From assembly GCA_001642005.1 (NCBI GenBank), contig LWCA01000065.1:1-63434 (forward strand): DNA of 63,434 nucleotides, given 5' to 3'. The notes under the pieces are model-generated. The model was given only the letters and a program-made list of their open reading frames with translations, ran no database searches and was not told the DNA's origin. Position numbers and translations under genes: made by a program. Source of the DNA: Intoshia linei. Its lineage: Eukaryota > Animalia > Orthonectida. This document shows, piece after piece, positions 11,685 to 25,165 of the stretch (positions within the stretch are counted from its first letter, which is position 1; every line of letters starts with the position of its first letter).

Positions 11685-14110
11685 TTAAACACAGCCTGAA
11701 ATTGCCAACTTTTTCATAAAAGCCGCTTTTTTCTGTTTAATTTTGTTTTTTCGTTCTGTGTGTGTTAATTTCATCTTTTTTCTAAATGATATATTTATTA
11801 ATTATATTTATACGGAGAATTAAATAAATTTAACAATTCTATGTTAAAAATCAAAATGACAAAACTAGATAAAGAATTAAAAAGACGCACTCTATTTTAT
11901 GTGGTTTCGTTTCCTTTTTTTCACCTTTAAAAGTAGGGTCATTTCGAATTTTTTTATGAGCTTCAGAATACATTTCTTCTATCTATATTATTGTAATTTA
12001 AAAATTTGAAAAAAAATCATTTCACCTTATCTCCCAAAATTCCAGCTGCAATATATTTTGAAAAACATTTATTGTACTTCGCTTCATCCTCACTTTTCAA
12101 TAGGGCCATGTAGTCAACAACGTGTTTGCCAAAAATTCTGTCTTTGTGGACTTGTGCATTATAACCACCTTCATCTTCTACCTTGAAACCAGGGAAACGT
12201 TTGTTACTAAATAATTAAAAATTAATCTAGAATAATGATAATCTAAACAAAAAGTTCACACAGTGAACTTATCAAAACAAATAAATAAACATGATAAAAT
12301 AAGAAGTATATTGTCTATCAATAAATAGAATATGTTGGAAAGTTAATTCACATGTATAAAAATATTATATTAAAATAATAAAATGAAATTTTTATAATTT
12401 GAAAAAATGCGTAAACCACGAATTTGAAAATTAAATTTAAATTTTTATTGATAGAATCAAGTAATATCAACAAAGTCAAATAACCAATGTAGTTTTTAAT
12501 TAAAATGAGATTACATATGGATAATGATAAAATTATAATTACATACATTTATAAAAAGTCTTGTAAACAGTAAATTTGTCATATGAGGGCGGTAGTAAAA
12601 TAAACATTGAATAAAATGAAACCATATATTGTTCTTAGTACATTCGTAGTTATATTTATATAGTATTTCAATTCGATTAGTTTTAATACAATTAAATGTT
12701 TTTATATCATTTGGCCGAGATTAGTGAACATGAATTTAAAAAAAAATAAATAGTATTGACGACTATATTATTCATGAACATGAAAAAAAGTTCTATCAAA
12801 CAAGATTTGACATTATAACGAAAATTTTTAAACTTCTAATTTAATAAAATAGAATGTATATTTAATAATTAGTTTGGGTGTTCGTATGCGGTATAAAACA
12901 GTAACCATACATTTAAAAATATTTACCTATAAGGAATATTCAAACCACCATCAACTGCACCTTTCAAAACACCAAAAATATTTGCTCCGGTACTAGTTTT
13001 TTTTAAACCAACATCCAAGTTGCAGTGAAAACTGTTGACATCTTGATCATTATCAACAAGATAATCTTCTCCGTTAACATTATCATTTCCTGCATACAAA
13101 GAATCTAATTTGTATTTCTTTAATGTCTAAAAAAAGTTATTCATATGAAAAAAACAATCAACTCTTCGAGCAATCAATAGTCCAGTACAGTAAGCAGCAG
13201 AATAGTTTGTTAAACCTACAGTAATTCCATATTTCACTAATTCAGCTGACGTAGCTTGACAAACCACTACATCACCCTGTAGTTTGGCAAATACAATCTA
13301 AAATTAAATTTTATAATTAATCCAGACAAAATACGGCCCTGAAATACATTGTTACAACCATAGACGAATACGTGCGATGGATCCTCAGAGTTAAATTCTA
13401 CTCGTTAAAATAAAATACAAATACATGTAAATTTCATGAGGGGTCTAATAAATGATCGTCACCTCTCATTTATGATAAAATATAGTGAGATTATATTGTT
13501 AAATTTACAATTAAACGTATTTTTCAATAAAATTTTAACTTGTACTATTACAATGGATTTATGACACAATTAAGATTAAAAATAATACAATTTTCCAAAT
13601 TTCAGTTAAATTTGTAAGTTTTATCACCATAAATATATTTTCTCTACACCACGGGTCGCTAAATTGGTTCAGACTTATCTACGAAATGTTTGGGTTCATT
13701 AAAAATTAGATTAATTTAATAATAATTAAATTAATTTTTCTAAATTAATTTAACGTGAAATAAAATGCAAAAATTTTATATAACGGTGGAATGAATTAAA
13801 AATATCAACGTTACCAACAAGTTAGTCATACTTATTAATGGCCAACTTTGAAGTAACACATAATATATTTATTTTGAAATTAATTACCTGAGCCACAATC
13901 TTTTTATTGGTCATTCTAACAACCATTCGATATTTAGGACTATTGTATTTATTTTTGTCTTGAAAGATTAATCGCTTCCTTGCATAGTAGTCGGTTTTAC
14001 ACTCTATTAAAAAATGTAACCTGATAATCAATAAACATACGTCGTCTCCTTTTAAATTTTACTTGAAATCGTTTAAAATAAGATTTATTTTTAATCACTT
14101 TTGCAAAAAC
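11685..14110 (-). CDS. RPL5: 60S ribosomal protein L5 (uL18); the ATG-only first exon lies further upstream (candidate 15232-15234)
   Basis: [53 protein letters not shown]; [23 protein letters not shown]; [19 protein letters not shown]; [14 protein letters not shown]; C-terminal [18 protein letters not shown]; stop at 11685-11687. Confidence 0.97.
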
Positions 14111-14267
14111 CTAAATTGAAATTAATTAAGTTTAATTTTCTACATTATTTCGTCATATTCAGAGTTGTTAACCAAAAGTGTTGTGAAATGTCGAATATAA
14201 CACAACTCAAGGCGATTTCTTGAAAATATACTGAAATGACCAGAAAAAAATATTTTAGGTGATAGAT

Positions 14268-14440
14268 CAGTGCTTTTCAACCAGGGGGTCCGTGAGCATT
14301 TGAAAATTTTATGAATACATTTACTTATTTTAATATATTATTGACAGTAATAATGTTACGGAAATATTTTTACATTCTGAAAATTTTTTATGTCTATAAG
14401 TGGGACTATGTCGCTAACACAAAAATGTTGAAAACCACAG
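14268..14440. mobile_element. hAT (Charlie/Buster-type) MITE
   Basis: TIR CAGTGCTTTTCAAC / GTTGAAAACCACAG with perfect 8-bp TSD TGATAGAT. Confidence 0.85.
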
Positions 14441-16453
14441 TGATAGATAGTTAGTTAAAACTATAAATTTCAGTCTAGTAAGTTTAGAATTAAATCAAAA
14501 ATAATTCCTAGTTTATCGATAATATTATAGGTATCATTTAAAATACCCAATTTTGACAAATGATTATTTTTTCTAATCACTGGAAAAAAACAAAAAACGT
14601 AGCGATAGTTAAAAATATTTCAACGCATTGTCGCGATTCGCGAACTGTACAATTAATCAAAAAATATATTATTCAGAAAATACCCATCATCATTCAATTA
14701 AGACTGGGGCGGTATAGTCATCATATAAGTATTTGTAACTGTTGATATTAAGTTAAAGTAAAATTTAAATGTCTACAATACTATTTTGACTAAAATGAAA
14801 TCAATCTCAGCCAAATTAAAATTTGGATGACATGGAGGCGAACCGACTCCGAAAATTGAAATAACAACGTGTAAACGATTGAACCACATCTGCTTGCATT
14901 TTGACAATGTTTATCATATTTATGTTTACTTTGATTTCATATTAAATAAAAATATGAAAATTGACATGAAATAATATTTAAATCTTTAAATTTAAAAAAT
15001 AATCTCGGAAAAAAAAGAAAAAAGATATTTTTTTAAATTTTCTATTTAAATGTCAATCGAAAATAAGATATATTGTCCTAAAATATTAATCACCTAAAAA
15101 CAAAAATGCAACATTCGATTTAACTTATTTTGAATATTTAACAAATTGGGTAATTTACTTAATACGTAAAAATAGGATCTAATAATTATATTCGTAAGAT
15201 GAGACATAAAATAATATATTTTTAAAAATACCATTCTTCAATTTATGTATATCTACAATCAAAATTATGAAAATATTCACGCTACTGGTTGATAATGTAA
15301 TTTTAACTTTAGTGATTTACAAAAAATAAATTCATTTTCATTTATTTCTCTATTATCGTTGCATTTATTATGCTTGTTTTAAATAAAGTTTATAATTTAT
15401 AAGTTGATATAAATGTGATTCCATCTAAATGTATGTAATTATTACATTATGATCATGAAATGATTCAACTATAAATTTCAATGCAAAATGCAACCTTTTT
15501 AAAGGAATACTATACAATAGGGGTGTTCCAAAATTTTAGAAATTAGGTCCAAATACTGATAAAGTTGCGTGTGATAGTTTTGTGATAATGGTGAAAAGAA
15601 GAAAAATTTTTAGTGGAAGAGCTTGCCATTTTAAAAATTTCATACAAAAATCTTCTACAAAAACTAAAATATAATTTTATTTACTGGAATGTTACGATGA
15701 GATCCTGTAGTTATGTTTTGAGTTGTCTTGTTTTGTTTGTATGTAATTATTAATTATACTTATATGAATTTTAATGAAAATGTTAATTTACCAGAACATA
15801 GAGGTGAAGCACCGTTTTGTAGTTATAATTTACAATTCATTAATATCATAAATATATAATGTAAATAATATGTTTAATTTGTAACGCCGTAGCACTTTAT
15901 GCATATTTTGAACCGAATTCACTTTAATATAAATTAACTATCAAAATTCTTAATTATAATAAATATAAAAAATTTTTAGAAAGAATAAATAATTTTTTTC
16001 TTTAGGTTAATAATAAATTAAGTAAAAATATAGTAATTGGATTTACAATTTTTAAAATAAAATTGTGGCCCACGATGGTTCTAAATTAATTCATATTGAT
16101 AAAATGTGACCCTTCTGAAAAAAGATTGAGAACCCCTAGTATAGGCTATATACAAATTGAAAAATATTTTCGTTACTCTATATATCGTAATTTTTTTTAG
16201 CGTTACCTTGTGCTGAAGTATCAAAAAAGTTCCCGACTATAGTATACAAAAACTTTTTTAGCATTCACCATTAATTGATAATAGTAGGTCCGTGATAATA
16301 GGTCCCGTCATATGGTGCCTCCACGGATTTTATTATATTATGAACTGTTAGCCTTTCTTAAGCTAATTATAATAAAATAATTATAATTACATATATTTGG
16401 AAAAAAAATTTAATATACAATTGTAATAATTTAATAAAATGTATGTACAATAA

Positions 16454-19400
16454 TTATTCATTGAGCGATTTATATAAATGCCATTTTATCAGTTGAGAAT
16501 CAAAACCTGCCGATAGCAATTTTACATAGTATTCACTAACTGACCAATCTACAGATGTAACCAACATTTTGTGACCCTAAACAAAATATATCACTGATTT
16601 AAAAAAATATATACTCTGATACAGATTTTAAAATCAAATTTCAATTTCAAAAAAATATATCTTCAGGGCCAAAACCACAAATTACCCTATTTTTTTAATG
16701 AAAACATCCCTAGAATTTAAAAAAATACAGGTAGTACAGTTGTATCCTGTTAACACACAAAAAAATTTCAATCCGAATAAGTGACAACTTCACGGTCAAA
16801 AAAGCATTTTAGTATTCATATATTTTTTTCCGAAATATTTTATTAAAACATAAAATGTGAAACAATTAACGGTTCGAAAATTTAAAAAAAATTAATCTGA
16901 TAGAGCTTATTCCAGTTGATATAAACACAATATGTCAACCCCAGAAATCTACACATTCCCGATGAAAAATAATTTTTAATATATTATCAACCAATATTTT
17001 TCAAATATTTTGATATAATATTTTATAAACAAATATTTTAGTTTAAAATGTAAATAGGAAAATCTATATAATTCATTCTTTCGGAATTTTTTTCATTGCT
17101 ACAAAACAGATCAATCTTAAATTCTCATTTTCAAAACATTTTATTTAAAATTTAAATTAAAACTACAACAACGTATTCTAATTTTATGTACTACAGTAGA
17201 ATCTCTTTAATTTAAAGTCAATTTCATTGAATAATTCTTAGTTGTGAACCTCATAATTTCTTTCCATATAGTTAATATATAAAAAAGTACATTTTTGTTG
17301 AAGTCAATTTCATTGAAATACTCTTCATTTTAAATATTCACATGCTCATTTTTATATGAATTTATAATTGATTTTGAAAATACAGTAATATCTCGAATTA
17401 TTCATGTTTCGATATTGGAAATCTTGCTTTTGGCAATTTTATTATAATTTTGTAATTACATTTAATTTGTAAATTATATTTTGTATCTGAATTATTTTAT
17501 TTACATTACTATATATGTACTATATTTTGTATTTATTAATTTTATTATGACTAAATTAATCTGTAATTTAATTTATCAATTTTTAGCAACTAAATGTTTA
17601 TTTTATTTTTTTTCAATTGATTTACATAGCAATTAAATAATAAAGTTTGTCACTGAATAGATAAATTTAACACATTTAGCAAATTGTCAATTAATTAACC
17701 ATACATTATCATTTAAAGTAAAAATTATATTTTAACTACAATTGTAATTAAAGTACCAATGTAAAATTAATAACTTTCATTTACTATAACTTTTCGTAAC
17801 CATTTACTTATATAATATGCTTTGTTTGTCTGTGTGTTGTGTAACAGTCAACCTAGTATAATTATATTAAATGTCTATTTTACCTTTTATTTAAAAAAAC
17901 CTTATTTCTAATACCACGTATATAATATTCACATACCTTATATGGTGTTCACACCAGAGAATATTTTTTTTATGAGAACAAATAGAATGTAATTATGTCA
18001 ATAGTAGAGTATTGTAATATGAGAGAGAAATATGTAATAAGTAGTTAGGATAACTTTTAAATAGAATTATATATCATGAAATAAAATGAAGTAGATTTTT
18101 TCATTTAAAAGGGGTAATTTGTGGCTTTGATCATGAAGATGTACGTTTATGAGATTTACAACAATGTTAATGATTTAAGTACACGATAATTACTTGTCTG
18201 TTACTATCCATATTGATTCTACTGAGCCGGTTACCATTAATATCATAAATGCGAATGTGTCCGTTTTCTTGGGGTAAGGCTAATAAATCATATCTTTCAT
18301 TGTATGCTATTCTATAATGAAAATACATCATAAAACTATAATTTCACACTACATCTACATTATATTATGTAATTTACATACATATATAGAATATATGTAT
18401 ATATTATATACCAGTGATAGACATTTGAAATTTTTTTTTACACACTTGAAAAAATATATAAGTTAACTTCTAATAAAAAATATTACTAAAATAATTAACG
18501 ATATTTTAATACATCTAAAATCCTAACTTATATAAAATGCGACGCGATTTTTGTTTGTCTGTCTATCTGTGTCTGTTACTTTTTTGAAATAACTAGCACT
18601 CTTAGAATTTTTTAAAGACCACATTTCAATTACAGTTTTTTCTGGGCGTATAATAAGATAAATAAATTCGAAATTTACAAACGATTACAATTTGAAATTC
18701 AACTTAATTGAGGTTTTGATAAGCCTAATATTTTTTTAATACAAACACAATAGAAAAAAATTTCTGAAAATAGTATTAAATTTAACACACCTAGATTTAG
18801 TTATTTGCCATCACTGTTATACACCATATAAAAAATTAAGAAAATAACCATATTTGTAACAATTTTATACATATGTAAGTAAAGTAAATTTACTACATAA
18901 ATAAAATTATTACCAAAAAAAAGTTTACAAATGCAATCGAAACTGTCAATTCGACGCCTTCAAAACATTAAAAATGATACGTCAGTAAAAAATACCAATT
19001 TCTAATACAGTTTTGCGAGCTTGAGATTTTATCGCAAAATTTGAGTCCTTCAAAGTCAAAAACCCCAATTTTCCTTTTTCTTAAAAATCAAATGCGTCCT
19101 GAATTTAAAAAACATACATTCTGATACAAATTTTAAAATCATGAACATTATGATAAATTTTAATTTCAAAAAGTTACATCTTCAGGGTCGAAACGACAAA
19201 GTACTTTTTTTTTTAAAAATAAAAAAGGGGAATTAATTAATTTGTCAGTATTTTAATTAAATACTGACATTTTTTAACAAAAAATTTTTTGTATTTTTAA
19301 CATAAAATTGTCAGTATACACGCTAAAATATCAGTAATAAAAAGTATTTTGTCAGTATTCAATTACATATTTGTCAGTTTTTAATTGCTTTCTTGTCAGT

Positions 19401-22400
19401 ACATAATTGCATTTTTGTCAGTAAATATATTAACTAGATCAGTATTCATCGAAAATTGTAAGTAACTCAACAAAAAAGTATATAGAAATAAACACATTTT
19501 ATAAAATAATATTTTGTCAGTAAAAAAATTGAATTGTAAATTGGATGATTTTGGGGTGTCAGTATAAAAATTAAAAATCTAGTTTTTGAAATAATATATC
19601 ATCTACTACAGACCCAAGTTAAAACTGAAATATTAAGATACCATATTATATCTACAAACCATATTACAAAAAAATTAGAAATATGGTGTTCACACCAGAG
19701 AATATTTTTTGTCAATTTCATTTTATACAGAACATTTAATCTAAATACTGACAGTATATGTAAAGTACTGACAAAATATGTTTTTACTGCCCTTCCAATT
19801 TAAATACTGACATCTTGTCAAATGGCACCTAAAATACTGACAAACCATCTACAATACTGAAAAATCAATGTTTATACTGACAAATCAATAAGAAAAAGCT
19901 GACGCAATAAATGCACGCCATAAAAAAGTCCTAGAATTGTATACAACAGTGGTTCTCAACGGTGAGCCAATTGGCTCCTAGGAGTGGAATTATTTTTGTA
20001 GGAAAAAAAAATTTGTAAAAAGGAGGAAATTAGGTAAAAAATTATTTTAGTTGAATTGTGTAGTCATGTCCATTATAAGCGAAATATTGATTCATAAACA
20101 AGTAAAAAGTAAAATATTTAAATTTAAAATAGGATTAGTAACTGTAATATGGATAATTTACAAATATGCACAAAATTATGACATACATGTAATACATGTT
20201 TCACAATTTTGTAGCTCGGCTTCTAGGGAGTTCATATTACTTTTTTTCATTAAAATGTATTTAAAACGTAAATAACTGAATTTCATAATTACACACTCAA
20301 ATCTTTACAGTTAAAATAAAGTTTGGAATTTTTATATTTGACCAATATTACAAAACCCTCTTTTTATGGACAAAAAGGCCCAGTGATGTTAAATATTTCA
20401 TTTTTTCACTCCAAATTTTGTATATGTCTTAGTGGGTCTCATCGTGGTAAAGGGCATTTTCAACAAAAATCAATATTTGTAGAAAACGAACAGCTCTAAC
20501 ATGAATAAGTATAAGTTAAAATGTGGTCATAAATGAAGTAATGATTGGGGGAGAAATTATAAAAAAGGTTAAGAACGACTGGTATAGAACATCAATTCCG
20601 GGATAACTTTTAAAATCATAAACATTATCATATATCACAACCTCAAAAAAGTTTATTTTCAATTTCGATCAAAACCCCAGATTACCTTTTTTGTAAAAAT
20701 TGAAATTTAGAATTTTTTAAAAATTACAGCTAATATACTGAATTAGTTATTTAAAACATTATCCAGTTAAAACACTTAAAAATTTTAAACATTTAAATAT
20801 AATCATTTCTAAAAAAATTTAAAAAAGGTACAAATTATATTGATAATACTATGAATTTGACACGTTTTGAATTATAACTTATATGTTATATGTTATATGA
20901 ATAATATTAATTACAAATAGAACAAAGGCCGCAAAATGTCGAAATTAATTTTTTTGGTTCTCATCAAATTTCATGGACTAGGGCCTAATGAGAATTGTGA
21001 ACCTACCATTATCAAATATACATTGCATATTATATGCTCATAAATTACCGATATGAACTAGAATTGGTGCGGATTGATATATAAGGTTCATGAATATTTC
21101 TAATATCATAAATATTTACAAATTTGTCGTCAACACTGCATGCGATTTTGTTTGTACCACAAAAAATAGCGGACCAAACGGTTCTAATAAATAATTTTAA
21201 TAAATATATTATTTTGTATTATATAATATACTTATAAACACGATTTGGCACAAAACCACCGAGAATTTTCATCTGACCCGTGAAATGATCCACTGATTTT
21301 TAAAATATAACTTAAAGTTATATTTAATTTTTTTAATAATTTAATAATTTTCCGTTGATTTCATTAGAATAAACTTGAATCTCAGAATTTTACATCTTCA
21401 TAGACGAAACCCAAATTATCCTTTTTTAAAAACAATTATATAACTAATTATACATCTGTACCAGGAAAGTTCCACCTCGGTATACCTAGCTAATTTGTAC
21501 CATGTAGGAAATAAAAAAAGAATACTGGTTATGAATATTCGAGTCAACAGACGATCGTTCAGAATCTCTGAGATCCCACATTTTAAATGATTTATCTTTG
21601 GATGATGTGAGAATAATTTTTGAGTTTTTAAGGCAATTTACGTTGGTTAATTGTTGAGAATGTTCTTAAATTATGTTTAATTAAATGAAAATAAAAGTGA
21701 AATAAATTTACCTAAAGTTTTAGTTTTTCGATTTTTTTCAATATCAAACAAATAGGCACAGTTACTCCAACATGCCGCAACTATCTGAGATTCATCTACA
21801 AAATCTGCAGAAATGACTACTGTAGACCCGCATTCAAATTTTTGTTGTAAATTTTTTTTATTATATACATTTTGGTAGGTTAAACATGAATTTTTTGAGT
21901 CAGAGTCTAAAATTGATAAAACTAATTTATACAATATATAATATGTAGTTATTTTAATTAAAAACTATTGATAAGGTGTGAATTTAAGAAACGTTTTATT
22001 TAATTTTATCATAAAAATTACCATATAATTTTTCTTGAATCTAAATAAAAAATATAAAAATTAACATTAACGTTTTGAATCACATTTTTGAGATTTTCTC
22101 TTTTCCATAACTGCGCTGTTCCGTCACCACTCGCTGTTAAACACAACAAGTCATTATTTGGGTAAAATCTTATTGAATTGACACCTCCAAAATGACCGCA
22201 ATATTCATATCTACAAATATTTAAATTTCCGTCCCAAATGCGTGCTGTTTTATCTAATGAAAAAATAATTAAAAATTATCAAAAATAAAAATTACCTACT
22301 GAGGCGGTAGCATATATATGAGATTGGTACGGAGAAACACAAACATCCCACAACCCGTCCGTGTGTTTCTTGTAAACAAACTCTGCCGAGTAATCGTATA

Positions 22401-22882
22401 TATTTTGATTTGATTTCAAAGTATTTACCAATCGGTTCGTAGAAATCTTGTACGTATCACGAATTTTTTGGGTAATTGGAGTAGCTAGATAATCAATTAA
22501 TAAATTGACAGTTTTATATAAATTAATACATCTTTTGACATTTGGTGAGTATTTATCATTTAAATTTTTTCTTCTAAAAGTTTCTGAAATTGATGTATTT
22601 TTGCTTTTTCCATCTTCTGTTGGTCGTAATCCCTCCCTCACTATTATCATATTTAAAAAAATTGATCCATTTTATTACACAATCGTATTTGTTTATATGC
22701 TTCATCCAGTTCGCTTTCAATGTCATTAAAATAACTGTAAAGTTTTTTTCTATATAATATTTACAAAACTACATTTTTTCAAAATCACTGAACCTCACAG
22801 TTGGAGGAATATATGACCCATTTCTACCGGAAACATCACTTCTATGGCTTCCGTTGTTTGTCCATGATTGTTTTTCAGTCAT
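16454..22882 (-). CDS. WDR37: WD repeat-containing protein 37 orthologue, multi-exon
   Basis: YFNDIESELDEAY coiled coil; KISTNRLVNTLK; HTDGLWDV..YATASVDKTARIW..YCGHFGGVNSIRFYP..LTASGDGTAQLW; HSQQLTNV..ILTSSKDKSFKMWDLR; LPQENGHIRIYDING; last exon GHKMLVTSVDW..LLSAGFDSQLIKW. Motif order matches WDR37. Start codon tentative. Confidence 0.85.
16600..17010 (+). mobile_element. Helitron-like family internal copy in the last WDR37 intron
   Basis: Highly similar to 10590-11030 and 60890-61280. Confidence 0.75.
17801..17856 (+). mobile_element. Minimal (~56 bp) Helitron-like derivative: 5' end fused to 3' end
   Basis: TTACTTATATAATATGC-TTTGTTTGTCTGTGTG (family 5' end) is joined directly to TAACAGTCAACCTAG-T (family 3' end). 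Confidence 0.65.
19230..19920. repeat. Foldback-like element with inward-facing arrays of TGTCAGTA / TACTGACA
   Basis: TGTCAGT(A) at 19243, 19309, 19350, 19372, 19394, 19416, 19515, 19557. TACTGAC(A) at 19262, 19746, 19766, 19805, 19835, 19875. Central palindrome TGGTGTTCACACCA. Confidence 0.75.
19947..20581. mobile_element. hAT (Charlie/Buster-type) MITE
   Basis: TIR CAGTGGTTCTCAAC / GTTAAGAACGACTG; TSD GTATACAA/GTATAGAA. Confidence 0.8.
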
Positions 22883-24012
22883 CTTTGACTTTGTAAACTA
22901 ATATTTATTTATGGAATTCAGTGTCAATTGTTGGTTGTCTAGCATCAAAATGATATTTTCTACTGATTTAAAGAGGAAAATTTCCATTAATAATTACATT
23001 TTAGTGTACTAGTGTAGTTTACACCTATTAACGATTTTTTAATTAAAAAATTAGTATAATCAATTAAATTGTTCAGTCGTTATAATAGCAAAAATTGCCA
23101 AGAATCTAGGTTAAGCAGTAAAGGCAAAATTCAATCAGTTAATGTATGTATAGGTTAAAAATTTCACCATGATTGGTAAAAATGAGTAATACAATTATAA
23201 TCACGTTAATTAGTACGTTTATATTTATAATTACAAATATAAACGCGTCACATCAAATAAATATAAAATGTACTAAGTTTTATTCAAATTTTGTGTATTT
23301 TATGTTTGTTTAAAACTGGAGGAAAAAAACAAAAATGTTAACATGTAAATAAAAATTTTTAAAAATCTTGAACAAATACAACTACGCTTTTTTATATTCG
23401 ATAGTGTTGTTACAGTAACACTTGATTTAATTCGAAAAAAATTTATTATAATGTTTAATTGGCAAAAAAATATTAAAGATGACAACTTGAGTATGAATTA
23501 ATGTATTATTTTGACGAGTGACGAATATTTAGAGGTAATGTATCACTATAATAAATTAGAACTACAATATTGTTCGCTTTTACTTTTTTGGTAATTACAT
23601 TTATATTTCCTAAATATCGCATTTTCCTTTTTTTTAGCATGATGAATCATCATCATTGGTAATAGAAATGTGTAGAAATTATTTTACGTTTTTATAACAT
23701 TGTACGATTTATTAACAAGTAAAATTTAAGTAAAGTATAATTTTATTTTTTGTGTAATGTTCGTTTGGTGAACATTAGGGTGTTTTAAAAAGTAGAAATT
23801 ATGCGATTTCTCTTAGCCTTAGTAAAAATTAAGTTAGTTTTTATATTTAGAGTACTATGTGACTTTTATTTTTTTGTAAACGTAGGTGGTCGAGTTGTGC
23901 ACTGCAAATAAAGATTTTCCTAAAAAATATTGAAAAATAGTTTATTATCTGGATTCTAATTGGGAGATATATCAAAATTAACAATAAATATGAATATGAC
24001 ACGCAAATATAT

Positions 24013-24578
24013 TTATTTTTTGTATATATCAAAATGTAGTCCCATTTTTTTATCTGATATTATATTTTTTAAATAATTAAAATTTTTTGTAAACTGATCG
24101 CGTGTATTTCTCCATACTGAGGATATGGATGAATTACAAAAACTAAATATATCTTCTAATATACCATGACAGATCCTATTTGATATTTGTATTTTGCACA
24201 CAATATTGGACTTAAATTTTTCATATCTATATCTCCAATATCTGATTTATGAGTATTTTCCTTATATTCAAAATCTTGTTTTTCATACATTTCTTTTTCT
24301 TTTTTCAGTTGAATTTTATTTGGTTTATGAACACGTTTAAATCTCTGTCGAATATATGGATGATTAACGGTGGATGGTTCAGCTATTTATCGAATCCCCA
24401 TTTTTTTACTTTCTAAGAAATTTAAATCTTCTTTAATAGATTTGATGTGATTTTGTACCGTCAAATATATTTGGTAGTTTTTCTAAAAAATCCGTCCGGT
24501 CATAAACATCTCGTGGGTTACTTTTTTATATGATAAAATTCTATGATCCGCGTTGATTTTTTTGAAAATGTACACATG
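24013..24578 (-). pseudogene. Decayed coding-like segment of unknown origin (possibly retroelement-derived)
   Basis: About 140 codons read with one internal stop (MCTFSKKSTRIIEFYHIKSNPRDVYDRTDFLENYQ...HPYIRQRFKRVHKPNKIQLKKEKE...), overlapping a second frame to 24013. No motif recognised. Confidence 0.25.
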
Positions 24579-25165
24579 ATACATTTTAATTTTAATTAAA
24601 GAGAAACTGTTCTAGTATATTCAACACTATAAAATCCAAGGCGATTTGAAAATTCTATATTCTAATGATTATAATGAGCCAATTTTAGTAGAAAATGTTT
24701 AAAACTGTGTTTAAAAGTTGAAAAAATTACATATTTACTCAAAGGGCTATAAAAATTATTATGTGGGCGACTGGTTGCCGACCCCTGTTCTACAACATAT
24801 AAAAAATTAAAAATCTTTGTGTTTAATTTAGATTAGTTTATATTAATTACGAGATTGCTGGGAGGGACATAAAAAGCCAAATCTACTAACTCCAACTCGA
24901 TAATTAAAATCAAAAATGGGTCCAGAAAATTTTTTTCTCAATCGACGCATAATTCCAAATATCCCCAGCAACCTCTCCACGATTCGAGACTTTTAAGTTT
25001 AACAAAGAAAGTGTATTCAAAAATATAATTTTTTTGAAACGGAGACTCCCGAAAGGATTTAATTATCTCGATTTTAATTGTGTTTTCTGGATTTATGAAT
25101 TAATACACAAAATTGAAAATATTTTTACTTAAATTTAATAATATTTACTTTAATATAAAATTAGA

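Larger units (their letters stand above)
18521..20775 (+). mobile_element. Helitron-like copy interrupted by nested insertions
   Basis: Starts A-TCCTAACTTATATAAAATGCGACGCGATTTTTGTTTGTCTGT. Family modules at 19040-19220 resume at about 20590 after the foldback element and the hAT MITE. Confidence 0.7.

Noticed and set aside
13370-13700. Box C/D snoRNAs in the RPL5 intron (ATGA...CTGA on the minus strand)
   Set aside because: Box C matches are poor (ATGAAA, ATGAAC), no rRNA guide was recognised, and the GC patches resemble hAT MITE debris.
19230-19920. CRISPR-like repeat-spacer array
   Set aside because: The repeat is only 8 nt, spacers are 12-14 nt, orientation flips midway, the context is a eukaryotic intron and there are no cas genes.
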